In this document: positions 1-12,624 of the stretch, in pieces | Layout of the letters: each line of letters begins with the position of its first letter | Numbering within the stretch: position 1 is the first letter of the stretch | Assembly (NCBI RefSeq): GCF_009914755.1 | Contig: NC_060948.1 | Source of the DNA: the human T2T-CHM13v2.0 reference genome, Homo sapiens | Reading direction: 5' to 3' (one strand) | Length of the DNA stretch: 64,000 bases | Notes under the pieces: model-generated | Told to the model about the DNA's origin: nothing | What the model saw: only the letters and a program-made list of their open reading frames with translations | The model's database searches: none | Translations under genes and position numbers: made by a program

Positions 1-39
1 ACATGCAGCCAAGATAATGGATCTACCACCATGAAGGAA

Positions 40-302
40 GAGCCATTAAACAATGGCTAGTAGGCCAAATCCCTCTGGCCATCTGTTCCTTTAGGGACCA
101 CTGACTAGGAATATATTTTCATATTTTTGAAATGATTGGGAAAATAATCAAAAGGAGGCTCATGTTTCATGATGATAAAAATTATACAACATACAAATTT
201 CAGTGTGCATAAATGGGAACACTACCATATTTGTTTATCTTCATATTGCCTGTAGCCGCCTTCTCCATATGACAGCAAGGTTGAGTAGTTGCAGCAGAGA
301 CT
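40..302 (+). mobile_element. hAT-Charlie DNA transposon fossil, MER58B-like
   Basis: Contains 'aaatttcagtgtgcataaat' and 'ttgagtagttgcagcagagac', resembling the remembered MER58 consensus; heavily diverged. Confidence 0.6.
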
Positions 303-819
303 TCACCCATCTTCAAGGTTTTCTCACCTCTCACTCTCAAGGTTTTGTGCACAATGTATGAAATATTTGCTCATGACTTTTCCTACTTTCTTAAACATTT
401 TGGTTTCTACTTGGTTTTAAAGAAGATCAACCTTGGCCCTGGATTTCCTAGTTAAATATAGACAACCTAGATTAATTGTATCATAACATTATCTCCCCTA
501 AGCTGTCTGATGGGCCAGGAATGTTGCAGTAAGTAAACTCATGCATCTTTTCTGGACATGAATCAAGAAGCAGTGAACTTGGAAGGGACCTTGGGCCATC
601 AAGGGAGTTAGCTTTAAGATGACTGAAACAACAGCAGGTAGGGCAGTGTGAGGAAAAAAACCAAGCACTTGGTTCATAAAGGAGTTGCTGGATGAAGTTT
701 TCCCTGAAGGATGACCAACCTTTGAACTTTCCATTTAGTGTTGTCAGAACTAGTAGATAATATAACATGACCAGTTGTATTTAAATTTTAGATAAACAAC
801 AGAGAACTCTTCAGTATAA

Positions 820-1215
820 GTGTTGTAAAAATAAGTAACTCAAAATCAAAGCTGTTGGAACTTTTTTTTTTTTTTTGAAACTTAAAGGAATGTGGTTATG
901 GGAACTAAGTCTCCTGACAGGCAGCTTTAACCTAGGCAGCTTCAACCTTTGTTCTGCTGATCATAGAATACCCTTTGCTTTACCTACATTGTCTTGTAAA
1001 ATATTGTGAATTACTAAAGGGCAACAGAGAAGATCCCTTCCCACTGCACTGTTGATTTTCCTTGTGAATTAACTTATCTCTTGCTTCTCATGCACAAAGA
1101 TCTCACAATTACCACATTATCTAAGATGAAATATTAAATATACTTTTAATTTAGAAAAGGGAAGGAAAGCAGCTGTAAGTTAGCTGTATGTAAGTTTGAC
1201 CAAATTGATGAAACT
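820..1215 (+). mobile_element. ERV1-class LTR fragment (MER4-group, LTR48/MER34-like)
   Basis: Starts tgttg/tgtaaaaataagtaactcaaaatc and contains 'gacaggcagctttaacctaggcagc'; subfamily uncertain. Confidence 0.45.
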
Positions 1216-1323
1216 CTTTTATACCGGATTCTGATCCTTTTGATGATTTTAGGTTGACAGTATGTTGTATGTTAGTGTGTATTTACATGTGTATATATGT
1301 ATAGGTACATATATTCATATATA

Positions 1324-1355
1324 TGTGTGCATGTGTGTGTGTGTGTGTGTGTGTG
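1324..1355. repeat. (TG)n microsatellite
   Basis: Seen directly. Confidence 0.95.
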
Positions 1356-2074
1356 CACTAAGCTCTTATTTGTTCCCCTACTGACTGTTTTTATTTATTT
1401 GGATAACATCTTGAACCTCTTGTTACTACCTGTTATTACTGTTCAGAAGTTTGGCAGCAAAAGCAGATGTTGAACTCAATTAATAATTCTAACCTTACAT
1501 AAATGCTAAACTTTCAGTAGATAAACTTGGACCCATTATGTATTTTTAGAGAAGAAGTCATGTGCCAAAACACCTAGATGTGTTAACTTTTCAGCGAAAC
1601 CTTATCAGAATCACTTATCAAAGAAAATATGTGGCACAACTCCCTGGACTTGCCATTTAAAAACCCACGATCTTTATATGTAATATGTATATATAATACA
1701 TATTTATTTAACCCATGAATTATATGTAAGGTGTTTCACTAACAGACTTTCTTTCTATAATCAACCATATTTCTTGGTATCAAGGTATATCCTGTAGCCT
1801 GATTTTCATGTCCCATAACTTTTGAGTGGGTAATTGTAACTGATCATAGCTCATTATGCAGTCTTCTGGAGGCTGCTGTTTTTCAACATTTTATCCAATG
1901 AATATTTGCATAAAAAGAGTAGACTAAATATCCCAATTTTGCTTAAAAAATGCACACAGAATTCAGGAGGTGAAGAGTCACAGGGATAAGAAGCCACACT
2001 TAGTCTATGTAAATAATTCATTTGGTTGAGGGAAAGGAGATGAATGAATAAAAACAATCTAACTCTGGAGAATA

Positions 2075-2826
2075 ATTCTCATACATAAATGGATGAAGAA
2101 TATGAACAGACACTTCTCAAAAGAGGATATTTATGCATGCGACCAACACGAAAAGAAGCTCATCATCACTGATAATTAGAGAAGTGCAAATCAGAACTAC
2201 AATGAAATACCATCTAATTGCAGTTAGAACAGTGACCATTAAAAACTCAGGAAACAACAGAAGCTGGAGAGGATGTGGGGAAATAGGAATGCTTTTACAC
2301 TGTTTGTAGGAGTGTAAATTAGTTCAACCACTATGGAAAACTGTGTGGTAATTCCTCAAAGATCTAGAATGAGAAATACCATTTGACCCACCAATCTCAT
2401 TACTGAGTATGTACCCAAGGGATTATAAATCATTCTACTATAAAGACACATGCACACACATATTTACTGCAGTACTATTTACAATAGCAAAGACTTGGAA
2501 CCAATCCAAATGCCAATCAATGATAGAATGGATTAAAAAAAAGTGGCACATTTACAACATGGAATACTATGCAGCCATAAAAAAGAATGAGTTCATGCCT
2601 TTTTCAGGAACATGGATGAAGATGGAAGCCATCATTCTCAGCAAACTAACACAGGAACAGAAAACCAAACACCTCATGTTCTCACTCATGGGTGGGAGTT
2701 GAACAATGAGAACATATTGACACAGGAAGGGGAACATCATACTGGGGTCTGTCGGGGGGTGGGGGTCAAGGGCAGGGAGAGGATTTGGACAAATACCTAA
2801 TGCCTGTGGGGCATAAAACCTAGACG
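2075..2826 (+). mobile_element. L1PA fragment: ORF2 C-terminus and part of 3' UTR, no poly(A)
   Basis: ORF 2409-2702 reads [22 protein letters not shown] (L1 ORF2 C-terminus); G-rich 3' UTR at 2750-2780. Confidence 0.93.
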
Positions 2827-3485
2827 GATTTTCATAGAATATGCATTGCTGATGGCCTGAAATGATCTTGTAAAAGCCAAGGTTTCAAACTTGATAGCTC
2901 TAAGTTATTTAAGGTAACATGTAACAGCAAAGTATTTATTACCAGCAGAAATTGTTTCTCCAAAGGAAAATAAATTATATATAAGACTCCATTAAAATAG
3001 AATAGTTTTTAAAAGAAGAATAAAAGGGGTAGTATACAGAAACATTGAGTTATAACAAATTTTGGCTTCTATATATACTGATGGCTCTCAAATAGAAATA
3101 TTTCACGTACCTAGATGTGTGCATGTGTAAGAGTGTCTGCCTGTGTTCTGTCTGATGTTTTCAAGTTAATTTGTCTGAATGTTTTGTAAAATTAAAATAA
3201 AATATTATAATAAGTCCATTGTTTCATTGCTTAAATACACAATATTTAATAGGATTAGTTAAGAAAAAAAAGCTTCCATTAATTGAAAATACGTTTGAAG
3301 AGTACAAGGAAAAGGAGAGTTTCTCTTCTGAGACAAACATTTCTTATCTCAAAAATGGGAAGTAATTAGGGCTTTGGGATTTTGTTAGGTAAATTTATAT
3401 TAATCATATTTTCATTTTAAAAATATATGCTGAGTTAGCACATCACATTTATTTTCAGAAACTTCTATAAAACCCTTTTAATTGC

Positions 3486-3779
3486 TTTCTTTATTTCGTT
3501 TCTGAGATGGAAGTTTGCTGTCACCCAGCGTGGAGTGCCGTGGTGGGATCTCAGATCTCTGCAATCTCTGCCTTCTGGGTTCAAGGCATTCTGCTTCAGC
3601 CTCCTGAGTAGCTAGGATTACAGGCATATGCCACCACTCCTAGCTAATTTTGTATTTTTAGTAGAGATGGGATTTCACCGTGTTTGCCAGGCTGATCTTG
3701 AACTCCTGACCTCAAATGATGCACCCGCCTTAGCCTCCAAAAGTGCCAGGATTACAAATGTGGGCCACTGCACCTGGCC
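3486..3779 (-). mobile_element. Alu (AluS-like)
   Basis: Dimeric Alu reverse complement with middle 'taattttgtatttttagtagagatgg', ending 'cacctggcc'. Confidence 0.95.
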
Positions 3780-4221
3780 CAAAGACTTTTAATTTCAATT
3801 ATTCCATTTTTCAGATACATGTATGTGTGTGTCTCTGTGAAGTCTGTATGACGGTATATATGTCTGCATCTATGTACATATTATTATACAGATACTCATG
3901 GGTACAGGGTTGGGGATGAGGGATGGGATTACTTTTTCAGAGGTCATATGGTTTATTATACAGCCACGCTGTGATATTTCCTTATCTTTCTAATTAATAA
4001 TACCTTCAAATGTGCACAAGAACAACAGCAAGATCTCTGCAAAATCATGGTGAGAATTTATCAGTTTGCAAATTTAATGAACAAGTTTCAAAGAGTGTAT
4101 TTTGAGGATTTTAAATGGTTTAAAGATTTCACACTTCAGCGATTTCTCTTTCATTGTCACAAATAATGTAAGTTTTCTCATAAATATGTAAAAATGTTAA
4201 AAATGTATATGATGAGTACAA

Positions 4222-5180
4222 AGGTTACTATTGTGTAGTAATTTGATGAAGACATAGAGTGCTCAGATATTTGATTAAGCATCATTCTGGGCGAGTCCCT
4301 GAGGGTGTTTCTGGCTGAAATTAGCATTTGAATTGGTACATCGGGTAAAGCATATTATCTTCCCTATTGTGGGTGCACATCATCTTTCCCATGGAAGACC
4401 TGAATATAATAAAAGACTGAGTAAGAATTATTTCTCTCTGCCTGACTGTTTTGGAACTAAGGCACTGGTCTTCTTCCTGCCTTCAAAATTGATATTGTAC
4501 TGAAAATAACATCATTGACTCTGCTGATTCTTTGGCTTTTGGATTGACACTGGAACTTGCACTTGCAGCTCTACAGGGTCTCTAGTCAAAAGACTGGAAT
4601 TCACACCATTGGCTTCCTTGAGTTTCACACCTTCAGACAGGAAATCATGCCAGCAGCTTTCTTGAGTCTCAAACCTTCAAACTCAGACTGTAACTCATAC
4701 CCGCAGCTCTCCTGGGTTTCGGGCCTTCAGGCTTAGACAAACTCACACTCTCAGATCTCCTGGGTCTCAGGCCTTCAGACTCAGACTGGAACTGACACAG
4801 TTGTCTCTGCTGGATCTCAGGCCTTTACTCTCAGACTGAAACTAACACCCTCTGCTCTTCTGGGTCTCAGGCCTTCCGACCCAGACTGGAATTCACACCC
4901 TTGGTTCTCCTGGATCTTGGGCCTTCAGACCCAGGTGGAACTCATACCATTGGCTCTCTTGGGTCACAGGCCTTCAGATTAGAACTCACACCTTCAGCTC
5001 TCCTGGATCTCAGGCCTTCAGATGTAGACTGGAACTTACACTGCTGGCTCTCCTGGTTTTCAGGCCTTCATGCCAGAACTCATACCATGGGCTTCCCTAG
5101 CTTTCTAGCTTTCCCACTGCACATCTAGGGACTTCACTCCCTCCACAATCATATGAACCAATTCTTTATAGTTAATGTCT
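4222..5180 (+). mobile_element. MLT2-type (ERVL) LTR with expanded internal repeat
   Basis: 'gagggtgtttctggctgaaattagcatttgaattgg' and 'ctccacaatcatatgaaccaattc' match MLT2 motifs. Confidence 0.75.
4478..5100 (+). repeat. ~50-bp degenerate minisatellite, about 12 units
   Basis: 'gcctt' core recurs at 4771, 4821, 4871 and 4921; unit is approximately ggctctcctgggtctcaggccttcagactcagactggaactcacaccatt. Confidence 0.9.
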
Positions 5181-5664
5181 CTAACTGGCCATTAAATAAA
5201 TGATAAGTATGTTATGTACTATTTCTAAGAAAAAAATGTGATTTCTAAGGAAAATGTTTCATTATTACTTACCAGTAATACCTCTAATTCAAATGAGAGT
5301 ATATCTGACTTTTAATGCTGATAGGCTATTAATTCAATTTATATTCAAAACATTGTTTTATGACTTCTACTAAAATATAGACGTGAAGAAGACAGAGTTA
5401 AGACCCTAGAAGAGTTTACCACCATTCAGGAGGGAGATGTGGGCACAGTGGGCCATACTACCAAGACTAAAGAACACCTAAACCATTCCACGTCTCAGTA
5501 GCTAACCCCAAACCAAGCTTTAGTATATGTGCCCATGTTCTGAGTCTGAATCCCAAACAAGCTCATTGGTTGGAAATGTGTTTATTATGTCTGTCTCTAT
5601 TTAATTCTATTCTTTCTCATTCCTTTGGAAGAGAAGAAAGATTAGTGGTGCAAGATGAATGCCA

Positions 5665-5881
5665 AGTTGAGAACTACTTGACTGATATTGCACCACTTCC
5701 CCAGGAAATGCTTAGCAATGTCTAGAGACAATATTGTTTCTTGTCATAATTGAAGAGAAAAGGAATTACTGATTAAAAGACAGGGATGGTGCTAAACATC
5801 CTACAATGCTCAGAACAAACCCCCAAAACTGAAAATTGTCTGGTCTCAAGTGTCAATACTGTTGATCTTGAGAAACTCTAC
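5665..5881 (+). mobile_element. MER20 (hAT-Charlie)
   Basis: 'gcaatgtctagagaca', 'cagggatggtgctaaacatcctacaatgc' and 'ttgagaaactc' match MER20. Confidence 0.75.
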
Positions 5882-6184
5882 TGCTGACTCACAGTGGAGG
5901 AAACAGCAAAACAGAATTAATAAAAACCTTAATTAATATGATGCTGGTAAGAAATCTAATCAGAATTTGAACATCATATCTTGCACTTATTAATTCATTT
6001 TTTAATTATGTTTTGGCTTTTTATTTTTATTTTTTGAATACATCCTTACAGAGCTTCATTTATATTCTAGAGCCTGGATATACAAAGCTAAGTAAAATGC
6101 TCATGCAACACTTGAAGTTCACCAGAGAAAGTATATGCATGACAACATGTATTAGGGTACTCCAGAGAAACAGAGCAAATAAGG

Positions 6185-6230
<46 letters not shown>

Positions 6231-6244
6231 CAGACAGATAGATA
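6185..6244. repeat. (GATA)11(GACA)2(GATA)2 tetranucleotide STR
   Basis: Counted directly. Confidence 0.95.
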
Positions 6245-6320
6245 TAGATAGATGTAGAGATAGATAGATGGAAAGATAGAAAGATATAAATAGATATAGA
6301 GATAGTTATAAACAGACAGT

Positions 6321-6685
6321 AGTATTAGTCTGTTTTCACACTGCTATAAAAATACTACCTGAGACTGGGTAATTTATAGAGGAAAGTGGTATAATTGACT
6401 CACAGTTCTGCATGGCTGGGGAGGCCTCAGGACACTTACAATCATGGCAGAAGGAAAAGGGAAAGCAAGGTATGTCTTACATAGTAGTAAGAGAGAGAGA
6501 AAGCAAAGGGAAGTGCCACACTTTAAAACCATCAGCTCTCATGAGAACTCACTCCCAATCACAAGCACAGCATGGAAGAAACTGCCTTCATAATCTGATC
6601 ACCTCCTACCATAACCATCCCTTAGCACATGGGGATTACAATTCAAGATGAGGTTTGGATGGGGACATGGAGTCCAGCCATATCA
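6321..6685 (-). mobile_element. MST (MaLR) LTR
   Basis: gtattagtctgttttcacactgct...gaggcctcagga...attcaagatgag...ccatatca. Confidence 0.9.
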
Positions 6686-7134
6686 GATAGATATCAAACA
6701 TAGATATAGAGATAGAGAGCTCTAAATAGACAGAAATAGATACATAGATACAGAGATATAGAGATAGATAGATAAAGATATGTAAATTAAGAGATAAATG
6801 ATAGATAGATTTATGATATATTGCTGCATGCTACTATGAAGGCTGAGAATTCCCATGACCTGCTATCAGCAATGCATACCCAGGAAACCTGGCCTTGAAA
6901 TTCAGCCTGAGTTTGAAGGTTTGATAATGAGGGGAGTCAATGGTATAAATACCAGCCCAAGAGCAAGAGAAGGTGAGATGAGATGTCCCAGCTTAAGCAG
7001 TAAGTCAGAAAAAAAGGGATGATTCCTAGTTTCTCCTCTCTTTGTTCTATTGAGGCTCTCAATGGATTGGATGATTATGGGTGGATCTTCATTATTCAGT
7101 TGACCAATTCAAATGCTAATTTCATCCAGAAACA

Positions 7135-7417
7135 ATGAATGCTGATTTCATCCTTCCACAATGTAAGTTTCCTGAAGCATCTCTCTCTCCATCCCTATCC
7201 CTGTATCTATTTCTATATCTATTTATATCTATTTTCCTATCTCTACAACTATCTATCTGTAGCTATCTCAGTATCTATTTCTATACCTATTATATCTATC
7301 TTTCTATCTCTACATCAACCTATTTCTCTATCTGTCTGTCTGTCTGTCTATCTATCTAGCTAGCTATCTATTTATCTATCTCTTATTGGCTTTCTCTGGA
7401 GTACCCTGACTAATACA
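7135..7417 (+). mobile_element. MLT2 3'-end fragment with TATC-rich tract, inverted relative to the host MLT2
   Basis: Ends 'tttctctggagtaccctgactaataca'; 7391-7407 is the exact reverse complement of 6154-6170. Confidence 0.75.
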
Positions 7418-7906
7418 TCCTCACAGACACACCCAGAAATAATGCTCAACGTAGGCAACCCATAGCCCAGTTAACTGTACACAAGTCAAAACAAACTATC
7501 CCATCATACACACTACAATACTGTAGGATGAAATCATGGGACATCCCCAGACTCTAGGAATTCAGGACAAGGATTTACTTCTAGGATAGCCTGGATATCT
7601 TCAGAGGTGGTGTAAAGGGTGCAGACCCTGGGGGATCAGAGAATATTAGACAGAAAAGGAAATCAGAGGGAGACAGGATAGCAAATAAAAGCCCAGTGCA
7701 TCAGGAAAAGGTGAGTGTGTTCTGATACGTGGAAAAGCCAGTGTGGCTAAAGTCAAGTTAGAAATCAATTTCAATAGAATGTTGAGCTAAAGACAGGGAA
7801 TGTGACCATGGCTGTGGTTGTGATTGGCAGCTTGGAAAATTCACATAGTGATTAAAGACAACACTTTTAAGAAGTTTGTCTGTGACCTTGTAAGACAAGG
7901 GTCATC

Positions 7907-9780
7907 AAAAATGTAGTGAGATATTACAGCACCCCAGTTAAAATAGCTATTATCAAAAAGACAAAAAATAATGATCGTGCAATGGATGTGGAAAAAAGGA
8001 ACTCTTGTTCTCTGTTGGTGGGAATGTAAAATAGTATAACTGCTAGGGAGAACCAATCACATGGGAGTTCCTCAACAAGCTGTAATTAAGACTACCATAA
8101 GATCTAGCAATTCCAATGCTAAGTATTTGCCCTAAAGAAAGGAAAACAGTATATTAAAAGAATATCTGTAGTGCCATGATTTTGTAGCAGGGCTCACAAT
8201 AGACAAAGTGCAAAATCAACCTAAATGTCCCTCAATGAATGGGTAAAGAAAACGTGGTATACATACATAATGAAATATGATTTTACCATTAAAAAAAATG
8301 AAATACTGTCATTTGTGGCAACAGGGATGGAACTGGAGGTCAGTATGTTAAGGAAAATAAACCAGACACAGAAAGGCAAATATTGCATGTTCGCAATCAC
8401 ATGTGAGTATTGGGGGAACCTGTCCCCAATATTTCAATGTAGGTTCTTTCTATTTTTCCTAAGTGTTGGCTGGTCTCAATAATAAAGAGAAAGAGCACAA
8501 ACAGCAATTTTACAACTGGGCCACTGGGGGTGACATCACATATTGGTAGGTCTGTGATGTCCACCTGAGCTGCAAAACCAGCAAGTTTTTATTTGGGATT
8601 TTAAAAGGGGATGAGGTGTATGAACAGGGAATAGGTCACATGCTTCAAGGGGCAAAAGGCAGAGCAAAGATCACATGCTTCTGAGGAAACAGGACCAGGG
8701 CAAAAAGAGAAACTACTGATAAGAGTTTATGTTCAGTGGTGCATGTATTGTCTTGATAGACATCTTAACAGAAAACAGGGTTGGAGAGCAGAGAACTGGT
8801 ATGACCTCAAATTTACCAGGGCTGGGGTTTCCCAATCCTAGTAAGCCTAAGGATACTGCAGGAGACTAGGGAGTATCTCAGTCCTTATCTCAACTGCAGA
8901 GGACAGACAACCCCAGAGCAACTGTTTACAGACCTCCCTCAGGAAAGCAGTTCTTTTCCTAGGGTCTTAATATATTCCTTGCTAGGAAAATAATTTAGTG
9001 ATATCTCTCCTACCTGCACATCTGTTTATAGGCTCTCTGCAAGAAGGAAAATATGGCTTTTTTTGCCTGCTCCCACACAGTCAGACATTATGGCTATCTT
9101 CCCTTTTTCTCTAAAATCACTGTTATTCTGTTCTTATTCGAGGTGCACGGATTTCATATTGTTTAAACACATGTTTTACAATCAATTTGTACAGTTAACA
9201 AAATCATCACAGGGTCCTGAGATGACATACATCCTCAGCTTATGAAGATAAGAGGATTAAGAGATTAAAGTAAAACAGGCAAAGTAAATTATAAAAGTAT
9301 TATCAGGGAAGTGATAAATGTCCATGAAATCTTCACAATTTATGTTCCTCTGCTGCAGCTCCAGCTGGTCCCTCTGTTCAGTGTCCCTGACTTCCCACAA
9401 CATTTGAGAGCTGAAGAAGTGGATCTAATGTAGATAGAGAATAGAATAATAGGTACCAGAGGCTGGAAAGTGTAGGGGGGAGGAGGGAATAAAGACAAGT
9501 TTGTTAACAATACAAAAAATATAGTTAGATGGAAGCAATAAGTTCTAGTCTTTGATAATGAGTAGGGAAAGTATAATTAACAAGAACTTATTGTATGTTT
9601 TTAAATAGCTAGAAGAGAATGATTGAAATGTTCCTAACACACACAAAAAAAGATAAGCATTTAAAAAGATAGATACACCAATCACCCTGATTTGATCATT
9701 ACACATCATAAACAGGTATCAAAATCTCACTTTGACCACCAAAATATATACAACTACTATACATCAAAATATTTTAAAAA
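7907..9780 (+). mobile_element. Old L1 3' end (L1MA-like) split by a MER11 LTR
   Basis: ORF 8225-8482 has L1 ORF2 C-terminal similarity; the L1 resumes after 9408 ('gtggatctaatgtagatagagaatagaa...ccagaggctgg'). Confidence 0.85.
8408..9402 (-). mobile_element. MER11 (A/B/C-type; HERV-K HML-8) solo LTR
   Basis: Minus strand starts tgttgtgggaagtcagggac and ends cccccaata; 6-bp TSD tgtgag/tttgag at 8402-8407 and 9403-9408. Confidence 0.88.
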
Positions 9781-9797
9781 CACAAGTGTCAACATAA

Positions 9798-11284
9798 ACT
9801 TTTTCCTTTTTTAATTTTAATATTATTGTACTTTAAGTTTTAGGGTACATATGCACAATGTGCAGGTTAGTTACATATGTATACATGTGCCATGCTGGTG
9901 TGCTGCACCCATTAACTCCTCATTTAGCATTAGGTATATCTCCTAATGCTATCCCTCCCCCCTGCCCCCACCCCAGAACTGTCCCCAGAGTGTGATCTTC
10001 CCCTTCGTGTGTCCATGTGTTCTTATTGTTCAATTCCCATCTATTAGTGAGAACATGTGGTGTTTGGCTTTTTGTCCTTGCGATAGTTTACTGAGAATGA
10101 TGATTTCCAATTTCATCCATGTCCCTACAAAGGACATGAACTCATCATTTTTTATGGCTGCATAGTGTTCCATGGTGTATATGTGGCACATTTTCTTAAT
10201 CCACTCTATCATTGTTGGACATTTGGGTTGGCTCCAAGTCTTTGCTATTGTAAATAGAGTGACAATAAACATACGTGTGCATGTGTCTTTATAGCAGCAT
10301 GATTTATAGTCCCTTGGGTATATACCCAGTAATGGGATGGCTGAGTCAAATGGTATTTCCAGTTCTAGATCCCTGAGGAATTGCCACACTGACTTCGACA
10401 ATGGCTGAACTAGTTTACAGTCCCACCAACAGTGTCAAAGCGTTCCTATTTCTCCACATCCTCTCCAGCACTTGTTGTTTCCTGACTTTTTAATGATTGC
10501 CATTCTAACTGGTGTGAGATGGTATCTCATTGTGGTTTTGATTTGCATTTCTCTGATGGCCAGTGATGGTGAGCATTTTTTCTTGTGCTTTTTGGCTGCC
10601 TAAACGTCTTCTTTTGAGAAGTGTCTCTTCATGTCCTTCACCCACTTTTTAATGGGGTTGTTTGTTTTTTTCTTGCAAATTTATTTGAGTTCATTGTAGA
10701 TTCTGAATATTTGCCCTTTGTCAGATGAGTAGGTTGTGAAAATTTTCTCCCGTTTTGTAGGTTGCCTGTTCACTCTGATGGTAGTTTCTTTTACTGTGCA
10801 GAAGCTCTTTAGTTTAATTAGATCCCATTTGTCAATTTTGTCTTTTGTTGCCATTGCTTTTGGTGTTTTCGATATGAAGTCCTTGCCCATGCCTATGTCC
10901 TGAATGGTAATGCCTAGGTTTTCTTCTAGGGTTTTTATGGTTTTAGGTCTAATGTTTAAGTCTTTAATCCATCTTGACTTAATTTTTGTATAAGGTATAA
11001 GGAAAGGATTCCATTTCAGCTTTCTACATATGGCTAACCAGTTTTCCCAGCACCATTTATGAAATAGGGAATCCTTTACCCATAGCTTGTTTTTCTCAGG
11101 TTTGTCAAATATCAGATAGTTGTAGATAAGTGGCGTTATTTCTTAGAGTTCTGTTCTGTTCCATTGATCTATATCTCTGTTTTGGTACCAGTACCATGCT
11201 GTTTTGGTTACTGTAGCCTTGTAGTATTGTTTGAAGTCAGGTAGCATGATGCCTCCATTTTGTTCTTTTGGCTTAGGATTGACT
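9798..11284 (-). mobile_element. 5'-truncated L1PA (L1PA2-4-like), ~1.5 kb
   Basis: T-rich tail at the left end, L1PA 3' UTR, and ORF2 fragments 10030-10401 and 10681-10890. Confidence 0.96.
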
Positions 11285-11852
11285 TTTTTCTTTTATTTTG
11301 TATTAATACAGGGAAAAATGGAGTTGGCTTTTTGAGTTGGCTCATCTCAATTTTTGGATAGCTTGCAAATATTTTCATCAGCCTTTACAAGGAGTGAGAC
11401 AGGCATGTTTATGCTTTTCTGAAGCTGCATGTTGAAATTTAGATACGTCTTCATGTCTCTAACAAATATTCTGGATATTTGGAGTTGGCTTTGTGTTGGG
11501 AAAGAGCTGAACAGGTTGGGAAAGAGCTGAATCAATAAACAGAGATTTCAGCAAAGGGGCAGCTGAGACAGTTGTTGTTGGCTCTGCAATATCTGTTCTT
11601 GTGTGCAGGATCTGGCTCTCCCCTAAGACTCAAGTCTTGTTTTTATATCTGAATGAAAAATGTCTGGCATTCTTAGGAGATTGTTTCGTTCCTTTCATGA
11701 GTTTTACAGATTGAGCTTGTCTTCTACATACTTAACACTTCTGCCTTTGAACAGCTTTGCTTTGCTTCATTCAGAGGCACTTGCAAATGAGATGCCTCTC
11801 CATCAGTCTCTTCCTCTCAAATATCTCTGTGCTACTTTTTAAAATTTCCTGA

Positions 11853-12624
11853 ATATGGTAAACATAGGGGTCTAGTTTCATTCTTCTGTATATCAGTAGC
11901 AAGTTTTGTCAGCACCAGTTATTGAATAGTGTTCTTTTCCCATTTACTTTTGTTGTCACTGCAAAAGATCAGACGAATGTAGGTGAGTGGTGTTATAACT
12001 TGGGTCTCTATTCCATTTATCTATGTACCTATTTTTCTACCAGTACTATTCTGTTTTGGTTACTATAGCCTTGTAGTATAATTTGAAGTTGGGTAATATG
12101 ATTCCTCCAGCTTTGTCTCTTTTGCTTACAATAGCTTTCATATTCAACCTCTTTTTTAGTTCCATATGAATTTTAGAATTGATTTTCCTAATTATGTGAA
12201 GCATAATATTGGTAATTTGATAGGCATTGTGATGAATATGTGATGAATCCATGAACATGGGATTTTTTTACACCACAGAATACTACATTGCCATAAAAAG
12301 AATGAAATTATGTTTTTCACAGCAATATAGAAGGACTGAGCTATTATGTGAATTAAAATAACTCAGTAAATCAAACACTGCAAGTTCTCTCTTATAAGTG
12401 AGAGCTAAACAGTGGGTACATATGGTCATAAAGATGGAAATAATATACCCAGGTTACTCCAAATGGGAAAGTGGGAGGGAGCGAGGACTAGAAAACTACT
12501 TATTGGGTACTATGTTCACTACTCTGTTGGGTGATGGGTTCACTGGAAGCCCATATCCCACCATTACACAATACCTCCTTGTAACAAACCTGCACATGTA
12601 CTCTCAAATATAAAATTTTAAAAA
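11853..12624. mobile_element. L1PB-like element with 5' inversion (minus-strand ORF2 piece ~11853-12265 joined to plus-strand 3' end ~12270-12624)
   Basis: Minus ORF 12046-12258 reads KAGGIILPNFKLYYKAIVTKT; plus-strand 3' UTR 'gtaacaaacctgcacatgtac'; degenerate TSD aaaatttcctga / aaaatgttcccga. Confidence 0.75.

Larger units (their letters stand above)
6148..7506 (-). mobile_element. MLT2-type (ERVL) LTR interrupted by a GATA expansion, an MST LTR and an inverted LTR-end copy
   Basis: Begins tgtattagggtactccagagaaacag; contains 'gagatgtcccagcttaagcag' and 'cctcacagacacacccagaaataatg'. Confidence 0.8.

Noticed and set aside
481-768. 95-aa and 78-aa minus-strand ORFs
   Set aside because: No recognisable domain; length expected by chance.
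4478-5100. CRISPR-like periodic array
   Set aside because: Whole units are homologous with no unique spacers, there are no cas genes, and the context is a primate LTR.
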